A DNA stretch of 64,000 nt from Arcobacteraceae bacterium (GCA_963662945.1 OY759974.1:961436-1025435), one strand, 5' to 3'; shown: positions 1-10,615, numbered from the stretch's first letter. Numbers and translations are program-made. Notes: generated by a model not told the origin, from the letters alone.

Positions 1-3000
1 CACCCTCAGCGATATCTCCACCGTTTGCAGTTCCACTTACTGTGATTGTTGCTTCTCCACTTTCACTAGCATTGATAATATCATCTCCTGCAATTGTAGA
101 AACTGTTACTGTTCCTGCATCTGCTGTTGTATCTACTGTGATATCTCTTGCACCTTCACTTGTTACTGTGTTACCTGCTGCGTCTGTTGAAGAAACTGAT
201 ACTGCAACTGAGTTATCAGCTACTAAATCTGTTGTTGCTACATCTACTGAATAAGTTCCATCTGCACCAACTGTTGTTTCATAATCAGTTCCATTTACTG
301 TTACTGTTACTGTGTCACCCTCAGCGATATCTCCACCGTTTGCAGTTCCACTTACTGTGATTGTTGCTTCTCCACTTTCACTAGCATTGATAATATCATC
401 TCCTGCAATTGTAGAAACTGTTACTGTTCCTGCATCTGCTGTTGTATCTACTGTGATATCTCTTGCACCTTCACTTGTTACTGTGTTACCTGCTGCGTCT
501 GTTGAAGAAACTGATACTGCAACTGAGTTATCAGCTACTAAATCTGTTGTTGCTACATCTACTGAATAAGTTCCATCTGCACCAACTGTTGTTTCATAAT
601 CAGTTCCATTTACTGTTACTGTTACTGTGTCACCCTCAGCGATATCTCCACCGTTTGCAGTTCCACTTACTGTGATTGTTGCTTCTCCACTTTCACTAGC
701 ATTGATAATATCATCTCCTGCAATTGTAGAAACTGTTACTGTTCCTGCATCTGCTGTTGTATCTACTGTGATATCTCTTGCACCTTCACTTGTTACTGTG
801 TTACCTGCTGCGTCTGTTGAAGAAACTGATACTGCAACTGAGTTATCAGCTACTAAATCTGTTGTTGCTACATCTACTGAATAAGTTCCATCTGCACCAA
901 CTGTTGTTTCATAATCAGTTCCATTTACTGTTACTGTTACTGTGTCACCCTCAGCGATATCTCCACCGTTTGCAGTTCCACTTACTGTGATTGTTGCTTC
1001 TCCACTTTCACTAGCATTGATAATATCATCTCCTGCAATTGTAGAAACTGTTACTGTTCCTGCATCTGCTGTTGTATCTACTGTGATATCTCTTGCACCT
1101 TCACTTGTTACTGTGTTACCTGCTGCGTCTGTTGAAGAAACTGATACTGCAACTGAGTTATCAGCTACTAAATCTGTTGTTGCTACATCTACTGAATAAG
1201 TTCCATCTGCACCAACTGTTGTTTCATAATCAGTTCCATTTACTGTTACTGTTACTGTGTCACCCTCAGCGATATCTCCACCGTTTGCAGTTCCACTTAC
1301 TGTGATTGTTGCTTCTCCACTTTCACTAGCATTGATAATATCATCTCCTGCAATTGTAGAAACTGTTACTGTTCCTGCATCTGCTGTTGTATCTACTGTG
1401 ATATCTCTTGCACCTTCACTTGTTACTGTGTTACCTGCTGCGTCTGTTGAAGAAACTGATACTGCAACTGAGTTATCAGCTACTAAATCTGTTGTTGCTA
1501 CATCTACTGAATAAGTTCCATCTGCACCAACTGTTGTTTCATAATCAGTTCCATTTACTGTTACTGTTACTGTGTCACCCTCAGCGATATCTCCACCGTT
1601 TGCAGTTCCACTTACTGTGATTGTTGCTTCTCCACTTTCACTAGCATTGATAATATCATCTCCTGCAATTGTAGAAACTGTTACTGTTCCTGCATCTGCT
1701 GTTGTATCTACTGTGATATCTCTTGCACCTTCACTTGTTACTGTGTTACCTGCTGCGTCTGTTGAAGAAACTGATACTGCAACTGAGTTATCAGCTACTA
1801 AATCTGTTGTTGCTACATCTACTGAATAAGTTCCATCTGCACCAACTGTTGTTTCATAATCAGTTCCATTTACTGTTACTGTTACTGTGTCACCCTCAGC
1901 GATATCTCCACCGTTTGCAGTTCCACTTACTGTGATTGTTGCTTCTCCACTTTCACTAGCATTGATAATATCATCTCCTGCAATTGTAGAAACTGTTACT
2001 GTTCCTGCATCTGCTGTTGTATCTACTGTGATATCTCTTGCACCTTCACTTGTTACTGTGTTACCTGCTGCGTCTGTTGAAGAAACTGATACTGCAACTG
2101 AGTTATCAGCTACTAAATCTGTTGTTGCTACATCTACTGAATAAGTTCCATCTGCACCAACTGTTGTTTCATAATCAGTTCCATTTACTGTTACTGTTAC
2201 TGTGTCACCCTCAGCGATATCTCCACCGTTTGCAGTTCCACTTACTGTGATTGTTGCTTCTCCACTTTCACTAGCATTGATAATATCATCTCCTGCAATT
2301 GTAGAAACTGTTACTGTTCCTGCATCTGCTGTTGTATCTACTGTGATATCTCTTGCACCTTCACTTGTTACTGTGTTACCTGCTGCGTCTGTTGAAGAAA
2401 CTGATACTGCAACTGAGTTATCAGCTACTAAATCTGTTGTTGCTACATCTACTGAATAAGTTCCATCTGCACCAACTGTTGTTTCATAATCAGTTCCATT
2501 TACTGTTACTGTTACTGTGTCACCCTCAGCGATATCTCCACCGTTTGCAGTTCCACTTACTGTGATTGTTGCTTCTCCACTTTCACTAGCATTGATAATA
2601 TCATCTCCTGCAATTGTAGAAACTGTTACTGTTCCTGCATCTGCTGTTGTATCTACTGTGATATCTCTTGCACCTTCACTTGTTACTGTGTTACCTGCTG
2701 CGTCTGTTGAAGAAACTGATACTGCAACTGAGTTATCAGCTACTAAATCTGTTGTTGCTACATCTACTGAATAAGTTCCATCTGCACCAACTGTTGTTTC
2801 ATAATCAGTTCCATTTACTGTTACTGTTACTGTGTCACCCTCAGCGATATCTCCACCGTTTGCAGTTCCACTTACTGTGATTGTTGCTTCTCCACTTTCA
2901 CTAGCATTGATAATATCATCTCCTGCAATTGTAGAAACTGTTACTGTTCCTGCATCTGCTGTTGTATCTACTGTGATATCTCTTGCACCTTCACTTGTTA

Positions 3001-3284
3001 CTGTGTTACCTGCTGCGTCTGTTGAAGAAACTGATACTGCAACTGAGTTATCAGCTACTAAATCTGTTGTTGCTACATCTACTGAATAAGTTCCATCTGC
3101 ACCAACTGTTGTTTCATAATCAGTTCCATTTACTGTTACTGTTACTGTGTCACCCTCAGCGATATCTCCACCGTTTGCAGTTCCACTTACTGTGATTGTT
3201 GCTTCTCCACTTTCACTAGCATTGATAATATCATCTCCTGCAATTGTAGAAACTGTTACTGTTCCTGCATCTGCTGTTGTATCT
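1..3284. repeat. Tandem repeat, period 315 bp: 10 complete copies plus a 134-bp partial copy. All copies are identical at every position I compared. The array may continue beyond the left edge.
   Basis: Unit starts at 1, 316, 631, 946, 1261, 1576, 1891, 2206, 2521, 2836 and 3151. Sequence lines recur exactly every 1260 nt (4 units). The periodic + strand ORFs in the track all have identical translations. The first difference from the unit is at 3285 (g instead of a). Confidence 0.97.
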
Positions 3285-4095
3285 GCACTAAATGCAGTTG
3301 CACTTGCTGTTTCTGATATATTCCCTGCCTCATCTGAGAGTGTTGCTGTTACTGTTGATTCTGGATTAATATCTATTATTATTCCATTCTCTATATCTTC
3401 AGCTGTTAGTGTTACTGTTGTTTCTACTCCATCAACTGTATATGTTAATATATCTCCTACTTCACTTCCAGATACATCAATTGTTGCTGTTACTGTGCCA
3501 TCTTCGCCTAACTCATTTGCATTGTAAATGCCATCACCATTTATATCTGCTGCTTCAATTGTTACTGTTGGGGTACCGATTTGTGTATCTAATGACTGTT
3601 CTTCTGTAGGTACTGTTGGTTCTATATTATTATCTGTATTATTATCTGTATTATTGAAAGAACTTCTAGAGGTGTCTATTTCATTTAATTCTATAGATTG
3701 ATTATTTTCTTCTCCAACACCTATGTCATTATTCTCTTGATTAAACTCTACTCTTTGCTCTATGACTACATCATCATTTAATGTATTAAGTAACTGTATA
3801 TCATTTACTAAAGTTGCTTTTAAATCTGATATAGTTGTATCAGCAACCACAGTTTGTTCAAAATCATATTCTTGATTGAATTGTTCTAAATTTTGATTAT
3901 TCTCAAAATTATTCTGATTATTTTCAGGCTTTGTAGAATTTTTACTACCTTGATTTTCTCCATCTTCTTGGATAACACCAGATGTAACAAAATCTTCAAG
4001 AGATATTCCTAAACCACCTTGTTTACTTACCTGATCTTCTTCTCTTTCAATATCGTCAGATATTTGTTGTCCTAAAGTTTCATCAATATTTGCCA
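1..4095 (-). CDS. Giant repetitive surface protein, 5' part only. The N-terminus is at 4095 and the ORF runs off the left edge. An acidic, Asn/Gln-rich N-terminal region is followed by tandem 105-aa Ig-like adhesin modules. Probably a T1SS-type (BapA/VCBS-like) adhesin.
   Basis: Absent from the ORF track because there is no stop in the window. My reverse-complement translation starts at ATG 4095..4093, with AGGA 6 nt upstream. It reads MANIDETLGQQISDDIEREEDQVSKQGGLGISLEDFVTSGVIQEDGENQGSKNSTKPENNQNNFENNQNLEQFNQEYDFEQTVVADTTISDLK... and stayed open through everything I translated down into the repeats. The repeat unit reads ITVDTTADAGTVTVSTIAGDDIINASESGEATITVSGTANGGDIAEGDTVTVTVNGTDYETTVGADGTYSVDVATTDLVADNSVAVSVSSTDAAGNTVTSEGARD, the T/V/D/G-rich beta-strand pattern of bacterial Ig-like adhesin repeats. 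Confidence 0.75.
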
Positions 4096-4189
4096 TAATT
4101 CATCCTAGTATTAGATTTGTATATTTAATTCTAGAACAAATTAATAATTTTGTATAGTATACTTTGGTATAAATTTAGAAATTTTTTAC

Positions 4190-4729
4190 TTATTTTACCT
4201 TAGGTCTAAATGGTTTTATTACACTTTCATCACACTCTAAAAATGGACCTTCCATTAAATCAATGCAGTATGGAATTGCAGGGAAAACTGCATCAAGACA
4301 TTCTCTTATTGATTTTGGTTTTCCTGGAAGATTTACTACTAAACTACTTCCTCTTAGTCCTGCTGTTTGTCTTGACAGTATGGCTGTTGGAACAAATTTT
4401 AAAGACTCTTGCCTCATTAATTCCCCAAATCCTGGCATCATTCTATCACATACGGCTTCTGTAGCTTCCGGAGTTACATCTCTTTTAGCTGGTCCTGTTC
4501 CACCTGTAGTTACAACTAAACAACAACCACTATTATCAACCATATCTTTTATTGTATCTTCTATTATATTTTGTTCATCAGGGATAACTTTGTAAACTTC
4601 TTCCCAAGGTGATGTTAAATATTCATTTAATGTATCAATGATAGCTTTCCCACTAATATCATCATATATACCAGCACTTGCTCTATCACTTACTGTTATA
4701 ATTCCTATTTTTGCTATCTCTTTACTCAT
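4190..4729 (-). CDS. mog: Molybdopterin adenylyltransferase Mog (MogA/MoaB fold)
   Basis: 179 aa. Motifs ISDRASAGIYDD, TTGGTGPAKRDVTPEAT and LPGKPKSI. Near end-to-end resemblance to E. coli Mog as I remember it. Confidence 0.88.
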   Translation of the reverse strand: MSKEIAKIGIITVSDRASAGIYDDISGKAIIDTLNEYLTSPWEEVYKVIPDEQNIIEDTIKDMVDNSGCCLVVTTGGTGPAKRDVTPEATEAVCDRMMPGFGELMRQESLKFVPTAILSRQTAGLRGSSLVVNLPGKPKSIRECLDAVFPAIPYCIDLMEGPFLECDESVIKPFRPKVK

Positions 4730-5232
4730 AAAATATGCCCCTTATCTTTTATAAAATATACATCTCCAAATTTTTTAAAAAACTCTAAAGTTTCTTGTGA
4801 ATCAATAATTTTATCATTGCTTCCTAAATATATCTCTATTCTTATATTTTTATCAACCACTTGTTCTAATTTCTCTTCGTCCCAAACATAATTTAATAAA
4901 TTCTCAAGTTCTTCAAAACTACCTGCACTAAAATATTTATCGGCTAATTCTTTATCAAATCCACAATTAGTTAAAAAATTATTACAATACTGTTGAGTGT
5001 CTTTTTTAAAAAACATCAACTGCATTCTTTTATATTTAGTATCTTTATTATTAAAAAACGCAGGTGAAAAAAGTTGCAATAAATCTACTCTATTATCCGT
5101 AGAAATCACATATTCCACAGCTTTTTGTGCACCATAACTAAACCCAGATACAGTGAAATCATTTTCAACAATATACTCTTTGAAAAGTTCTTTTTCCCCT
5201 TTTAAAGAAAAACCACTAAAATACAACTTCAT
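4726..5232 (-). CDS. Small alpha/beta-fold serine esterase. Tentatively a BioG/BioV-type pimeloyl-ACP methyl ester esterase.
   Basis: 168 aa. GxSxG nucleophile elbow (GFSYG) about 30 aa from the N-terminus and a C-terminal KGHIL histidine. The stop overlaps the mog start (ATGA). Size and motif spacing fit small biotin-pathway esterases, but the family call is by eye only. Confidence 0.35.
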   Translation of the reverse strand: MKLYFSGFSLKGEKELFKEYIVENDFTVSGFSYGAQKAVEYVISTDNRVDLLQLFSPAFFNNKDTKYKRMQLMFFKKDTQQYCNNFLTNCGFDKELADKYFSAGSFEELENLLNYVWDEEKLEQVVDKNIRIEIYLGSNDKIIDSQETLEFFKKFGDVYFIKDKGHIL

Positions 5233-6709
5233 CCTTTAAAAGTTTTTCTTTTAACACTAATACTGCACCAATATTTGCGGCTATTTCATCTTTTAAATCA
5301 TCTTTAGCTTTTTGTATCACACTTTCTTGTGAACTTTTCATTTTATATACTTCTACAAGATTAGATGCTATTTTATAGGCTTCTTTAATCTCATCTTCAA
5401 ACACAACATAAGGTTCCCCTTTTATAACCTCTAATGCTATACTTCCTGACAAATATTTTTTAATTTGATTTTGAAGTTGCGTAAGTGATGGGTAAATCAA
5501 GTCTTCTTGTATAATACCATTTTCAAAAAGATTTACTTTTCCTTTTGTAATATATGCTTTTCCAGCTTGATAAGTAGCAAGAATATCTTTTTGTTCATCA
5601 TTCAATAAATGAATCTGTTTTTTACCATGTTGAATCTTTTGTTTTGCGATAGAAACATCCTCTTCTAAAACTGTATTTCCATCTCTTTTAATCATATTCA
5701 GCAATGATTCATTTACCAAAGTTGCCAGGGCAGCACTACTAAATCCACTTGTATCTGATGAGAGTTTTTCTATATCAAAATTGTATTTTTTATTTTTTAA
5801 ATAAAGATTTAAAATTTTTAGTCTATCTTCTTTTGATGGAAGTGATAAAAATACTCTTCTATCAAATCTACCTGCTCTTAAAAGTGCTTCGTCTAAAACT
5901 TCTATTTTATTGGTTGCTGCTATTACCATTACTCCACTATTTGACTCAAATCCATCCATTTGAGTTAAAAGTTCGTTTAAAGTAGCTTCTCTCTCATCAT
6001 TACTTCCAGTACCTCTACTTTTTCCAACAGCATCTATTTCATCAATAAAAATTATAGATGGTGCTTTTGCTTTTGCAGCTGTAAATAGTTCTCGTACTTT
6101 TTTTGCACCCATTCCTACATAAATATGTACAAAACTTGCTGCACTATGATAAAAAAATGGAGCATTTGCTTCCCCTGCAACTGCTTTTGCAATCAGTGTT
6201 TTTCCTACACCTGGAGGCCCCACTAATAATACCCCTTTAGGAAGAGAAATATTGTATTTTTGATATTTTTTAGGATTATTTAAAAAATCTACTACCTCTT
6301 CAAGTTCCTCTTTTATACTTTCTATTCCAGCTACATCTTTAAATGTTATATTAGAACTTATTGGAGTGATAGTACTATGATATTCTAGTGATTGTTTGAC
6401 ATGAATATTTTCATCATTTGTTGGATAAGTCTCTTTTGCTTTTTCTAATTCATTTGAAAATCTATTTTTTCCTAGTTTTTCTCTTATTTTATCTTTGTAT
6501 TTTTGCAAAGTAAAAGTAAGTATTAAAAGTATAAATAAAAAACCAACTCCTACATAATAACTTGAACCTTGTATTACATTATCTGTTTTTGTAAGCGTAT
6601 AAAGAAATAAAACGATTAATACAATAGCAGAGATACTCATCATTTTTAAATTTTTATCTATTGCTGACTGAGTTTCTTTTTCATTTTTTTTGTTAAAATT
6701 TAGAAACAT
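5216..6709 (-). CDS. FtsH-like membrane AAA+ ATPase lacking the zinc-protease HEXXH motif
   Basis: 497 aa. Two N-terminal hydrophobic helices, Walker A GPPGVGKT, Walker B IIFIDEIDAVG, and second region of homology ATNKIEVLDEALLRAGRFDRR. ATYQAGKAY stands where FtsH has AYHEAGHA. The start is uncertain; MMSISAIV is an alternative. Confidence 0.8.
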   Translation of the reverse strand: MFLNFNKKNEKETQSAIDKNLKMMSISAIVLIVLFLYTLTKTDNVIQGSSYYVGVGFLFILLILTFTLQKYKDKIREKLGKNRFSNELEKAKETYPTNDENIHVKQSLEYHSTITPISSNITFKDVAGIESIKEELEEVVDFLNNPKKYQKYNISLPKGVLLVGPPGVGKTLIAKAVAGEANAPFFYHSAASFVHIYVGMGAKKVRELFTAAKAKAPSIIFIDEIDAVGKSRGTGSNDEREATLNELLTQMDGFESNSGVMVIAATNKIEVLDEALLRAGRFDRRVFLSLPSKEDRLKILNLYLKNKKYNFDIEKLSSDTSGFSSAALATLVNESLLNMIKRDGNTVLEEDVSIAKQKIQHGKKQIHLLNDEQKDILATYQAGKAYITKGKVNLFENGIIQEDLIYPSLTQLQNQIKKYLSGSIALEVIKGEPYVVFEDEIKEAYKIASNLVEVYKMKSSQESVIQKAKDDLKDEIAANIGAVLVLKEKLLKDEVVF

Positions 6710-7943
6710 TAATGTTCTCCTTTACCTCATAGTCTTCACAAACTATCCAATCTCCTATAATATCACTCTTACTTGATACCTCTATTGGATTAAAAAACTG
6801 ATCATATCCAGTATATATTTCATTTTTTTGTGATTCAATAAGTATATCCAAACTTTTTTGTCTTTGTCTAAACTCAAAGTTTTTTTGTTTTATGATCTCT
6901 TCTAATTCTTTTAATCTTTGTTTCGCAACAGCTCCATTTATTTGTGGTTTCATTGTTGCACTTGGAGTCCCATCTCTTTTACTATACGTAAAACTATGAC
7001 AATGAGTAAGTGGAAATTTTTCTATATTACTCATGGCATCTTTCCAGATTTCATCACTCTCACCAGGATGCCCTACAATAAAATCCGTTCCTATTGCATA
7101 ACCTTTTGAAGCTAGAAATTCAAACAATTCCAAATCTTTATCAACTTGGTTTCGTCTATTCATAAGCTTTAACATCTCTTTATTTGTATGTTGTAACGCT
7201 ATATGAAGATGTTTACCCATCCAAGGCTCATCTAAAATTTCTTTGAATTGTTCTGTAATTTGTATAGGTTCAACACTTCCTAAACGGATTCTTCGTACAC
7301 CTCTTATTTGAGATATTTTTTTCAATAAAATTGCTAAACCATCGCGACCTTCAACACCTTTTCCATAAGACCCAAGATTTGTCCCTGTAAGAATAAATTC
7401 TCCAAAACCATTTGATGCAAGTTTTGTAATCTGTTCTAAAATTTTACTTTCATCATAACTTCTTGAATCTCCTCTTACATAAGGGATAATACAGTAACTA
7501 CATCTAAAATTGCATCCCTCTTGTATTTTTACAAAAGCTCTACTTTTTCCAACCATTTTTTCAATAATAGTTTCATCAATATGTTTTAAATCACCTGCTT
7601 GAAAAAATCGTGTTTCATCTTTAAGAAGTGTATTTATTTTCTCTTTCTCACTATGACCAAAGAGAGCGTCTATTTTATTTTCTTTAAAAAGATTTTCCCC
7701 TTTTGTCCACACTCCGCAACCAGTAAAAATAACACGAGGTTTTTTAGGAAGTTTTTGTAAAAAATTTATATAATTTCTAGCTGTACTGTCTGCACTATTT
7801 GTTACAGTACAAGAATTAATAACAACCATATCAGCATCAGATTCTTGTTGTGTCACTTCAAAATCTTTTAGATTACTCATCATTATTTGGGTATCAAAAA
7901 TATTTGTACGACACCCAAATGTTTTAAAAAAAACTTTTTTCAT
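6693..7943 (-). CDS. mtaB: Radical-SAM methylthiotransferase, MiaB/RimO family (MtaB-like)
   Basis: 416 aa. N-terminal UPF0004-type FKTFGCRTN...NSCTVT...GC cysteines and the radical-SAM CNFRCSYCIIP motif. Confidence 0.75.
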   Translation of the reverse strand: MKKVFFKTFGCRTNIFDTQIMMSNLKDFEVTQQESDADMVVINSCTVTNSADSTARNYINFLQKLPKKPRVIFTGCGVWTKGENLFKENKIDALFGHSEKEKINTLLKDETRFFQAGDLKHIDETIIEKMVGKSRAFVKIQEGCNFRCSYCIIPYVRGDSRSYDESKILEQITKLASNGFGEFILTGTNLGSYGKGVEGRDGLAILLKKISQIRGVRRIRLGSVEPIQITEQFKEILDEPWMGKHLHIALQHTNKEMLKLMNRRNQVDKDLELFEFLASKGYAIGTDFIVGHPGESDEIWKDAMSNIEKFPLTHCHSFTYSKRDGTPSATMKPQINGAVAKQRLKELEEIIKQKNFEFRQRQKSLDILIESQKNEIYTGYDQFFNPIEVSSKSDIIGDWIVCEDYEVKENINVSKF

Positions 7944-7946
7944 ATT

Positions 7947-9584
7947 CTAATTTGACAGAGGACCATCAAAGAGTCCGTTTGCACTTCCACCAGGCAATAA
8001 ATTTTCAGCTTCAGTTTGTGCATTTGATGATACTCGCAATGTTTGTGTTGGGTAAGCTATATGTATATCATCTGCTGCTTTAAAAGCTTCAAGTATTTCC
8101 ATACTAATCGTACTTCTTAAAGCTAAAGTTGCATAAGAGTTTGTATGATACCAAGCAGAGATTACAATACCATAAGGCTCAATAAAGGAGAATACTCTAG
8201 GCTCTGGATTTGCACTTCTTAAAACATATTTTCTTCTCATCTTTTGTAATCTTTTTTTAGTAAGATCAGTATACCCTTTTGCATGTGTTGAGACTATTGA
8301 TTTTGCCAACTCAACTGCTCTTTGATGATTTGAATCAAATGTGATATATACATCAATTCCATCCCACACTGTTCTTAGTTCATCAAAAGTATAATTTGCA
8401 ATCATATCTGTAAAAATATAGTTATTTGGTATAAAAAACACCCTTCCCGTTCTTCTATTTTTCATATAAGATGTAAGTGTAATATCTTCTCGTACTGCTA
8501 TTTTAAAAATAGATATATCAAGAACATCTCCAACTACTTCTGTTCCATCTCTTGTTACTTTTATTCTATCTCCAACAGAGATAGCTCCACTTGTCATAAT
8601 AGCCATCCAACCAAAGATAGACATAAACCAATCTTTTAGAGCAATAGCAATCCCAGCTGATGCAAATCCAAGAATAGTTACTAAATATGAAACATTGTCA
8701 ATGTATGAAAAAAGTAATATAAACACAACTAAAATGATAAAAATAAAATTAATCAATTTATTAGTAGTATAGTGTTTATCATCATCATCTACATATTTTT
8801 TAAATGCCCTTTTTGCTCCAAAAGAGATACCAAATAAAACAATAATAATAGAGAGTAATTTCACTGTATGCCAAATCTCATCAGTGATTGAGTTATGGAC
8901 TTCTTGTCTTGTTTGTAAAACTTTTTTTGTATAAACTTCATCTGTTGTTGAAACAATATCAACAACCATTGTAAAATCAGTAACTTCAGACTTTGTCTTT
9001 TCTAATAATTCTTGTACTTTCTCATCTTTATTAATCTCATAAATACTATTTAAAACTGTAATTTTTGACTGAAGATTTTCAAGTACATTTTGTAACTCTT
9101 TTTTTATACTTTTATAACTATCTACACTTTCATCCAATTGTTGAATATAAGTCATTGCTTCTATGATTGCAACGGGATTTGTTACTAATGGAATTTGTCC
9201 AATTGTATTTGGTGTAATTTGCTTACCTATTGGAGAATCTTTATATTCACTTATTAACTCTAACTCATTTTCTTTAATTTTTATTTTATTATATAACTGA
9301 TAGGAAAGTTCTTTATATTTTTCACCTTTCCATCCAGCATATTTTTTAGCGTCAGACTTTATTTTTTCTAACTCTTTTTCAAGTTTTCTATATGTTAAAT
9401 AGTTATTATATCTTGTAATCCAAATATTATTTGACAAATCATCATTAATTTCTACTAACTCTTTTTGTAAAGCAGCCATCTTTTGGGCTGTTATCTCTTG
9501 AGGAGTTTCAAGTTTTGTATCATCAGCAACTAATGATGATACCAATAAAATAGATAATGCTAAAGCTTTTAATATATTTTTCAA
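7947..9584 (-). CDS. Mechanosensitive ion channel, MscS family, with a long coiled-coil periplasmic N-terminal domain
   Basis: 545 aa. Signal peptide, TM helices at about residues 240-330, and an MscS beta-domain pattern GDRIKV..DGTEVVGDVLDISIFKIAVRED. Confidence 0.75.
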   Translation of the reverse strand: MKNILKALALSILLVSSLVADDTKLETPQEITAQKMAALQKELVEINDDLSNNIWITRYNNYLTYRKLEKELEKIKSDAKKYAGWKGEKYKELSYQLYNKIKIKENELELISEYKDSPIGKQITPNTIGQIPLVTNPVAIIEAMTYIQQLDESVDSYKSIKKELQNVLENLQSKITVLNSIYEINKDEKVQELLEKTKSEVTDFTMVVDIVSTTDEVYTKKVLQTRQEVHNSITDEIWHTVKLLSIIIVLFGISFGAKRAFKKYVDDDDKHYTTNKLINFIFIILVVFILLFSYIDNVSYLVTILGFASAGIAIALKDWFMSIFGWMAIMTSGAISVGDRIKVTRDGTEVVGDVLDISIFKIAVREDITLTSYMKNRRTGRVFFIPNNYIFTDMIANYTFDELRTVWDGIDVYITFDSNHQRAVELAKSIVSTHAKGYTDLTKKRLQKMRRKYVLRSANPEPRVFSFIEPYGIVISAWYHTNSYATLALRSTISMEILEAFKAADDIHIAYPTQTLRVSSNAQTEAENLLPGGSANGLFDGPLSN

Positions 9585-10615
9585 CTAAACTCCTTTAACA
9601 CTGAGATTACATCATTTTTTGAAACCTCATCAGTAATTTTACAATCGCCAATACCAATAGCAAGAATAAATTTAATTTTGTCATCTAATGATTTTTTATC
9701 TAAGAAAAAATGCTCATAAAAATCTTCAACATCTTTTATATTATAAGTTGTAGGAATATTATACTTTTGTAACTGTATCTCAATTCTTCTAGCTTCATCT
9801 TCTGTCATCAAGCCAAGTTTTACGGAAACTTTATTTGCCATCATTATCCCAATACCCACAGCTTCTCCATGTAAGTATGTATCATAATTAGTCTCATTTT
9901 CAACCACATGACCAAAAGTATGTCCATAGTTTAATGCTGCTCTTAAACCTTGCTCTTTCTCATCTTGAGATACAACCCATGCTTTTGTTTCTACTGATTT
10001 AGCAATGGCAACTTTAATATTATCCGTATCATTTAAATCATTATTTTCTATCCATTCAAAAAATTCTTTGTTAAAACAAACTGCCATTTTAATTATCTCA
10101 GCAACCCCAGCTCCAAATTCTCTTTTTGGCAAAGTAGCTAAAAAATATGGATCAATATATACAGCAATTGGTTGATGAAACGCACCTACAAGATTTTTTC
10201 CAAACTTATTATTTATACCTGTTTTCCCACCAACACTTGCATCAACTTGACTTAAAAGTGTAGTAGGAATTTGTATGAAGTCTATACCTCTTTGATAAAT
10301 ACTAGCAGCAAATCCTGTCATATCCCCTATAACACCGCCTCCAAATGCTATTAAAACTGAACTTCTATTTAATTTATGAGTAAAACAGTGTTCAAGAATA
10401 TCTTCTATCGTTTTCAACGTTTTATATTGTTCACCATCAGGTATTGTCACTACACTTAAATCTTTTGCCTTTATTTTTGTAAGCAAATAATCTAAATGTA
10501 GATTTGAGATCGTAGGATTTGTTACAATCACTACTTTTTTATCGATTGTTATTTCTTGTAAGTTGTCTATAGTTATATCATAAGAGGTGTCAGGGAGGGT
10601 GATATTTACAATCAT
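9581..10615 (-). CDS. aroB: 3-dehydroquinate synthase
   Basis: 344 aa. Motifs GGGVIGDMTGFAASIYQRGI, DASVGGKTGIN and HTFGHVVE...HGEAVGIGM. Confidence 0.9.
   Translation of the reverse strand: MIVNITLPDTSYDITIDNLQEITIDKKVVIVTNPTISNLHLDYLLTKIKAKDLSVVTIPDGEQYKTLKTIEDILEHCFTHKLNRSSVLIAFGGGVIGDMTGFAASIYQRGIDFIQIPTTLLSQVDASVGGKTGINNKFGKNLVGAFHQPIAVYIDPYFLATLPKREFGAGVAEIIKMAVCFNKEFFEWIENNDLNDTDNIKVAIAKSVETKAWVVSQDEKEQGLRAALNYGHTFGHVVENETNYDTYLHGEAVGIGIMMANKVSVKLGLMTEDEARRIEIQLQKYNIPTTYNIKDVEDFYEHFFLDKKSLDDKIKFILAIGIGDCKITDEVSKNDVISVLKEFS

Noticed and set aside
1-3284. Whether the tandem array could be a CRISPR array or satellite DNA
   Set aside because: The 315-bp units are contiguous with no spacers, are in frame (105 codons), and are clearly coding on the minus strand. 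No cas genes are present.
42-3609. A ladder of 70-aa and 85-aa plus-strand ORFs (MIVASPLSLALI..., MHLHLLLCYLL..., MSPSAISPPFAV...) recurring every 315 bp
   Set aside because: They lie antisense to the long open minus-strand frame, repeat only because the DNA repeats, are low in complexity (L/S/H-rich), and overlap each other in two frames. The minus-strand frame encodes a coherent Ig-like repeat protein with a proper start and RBS at 4095.
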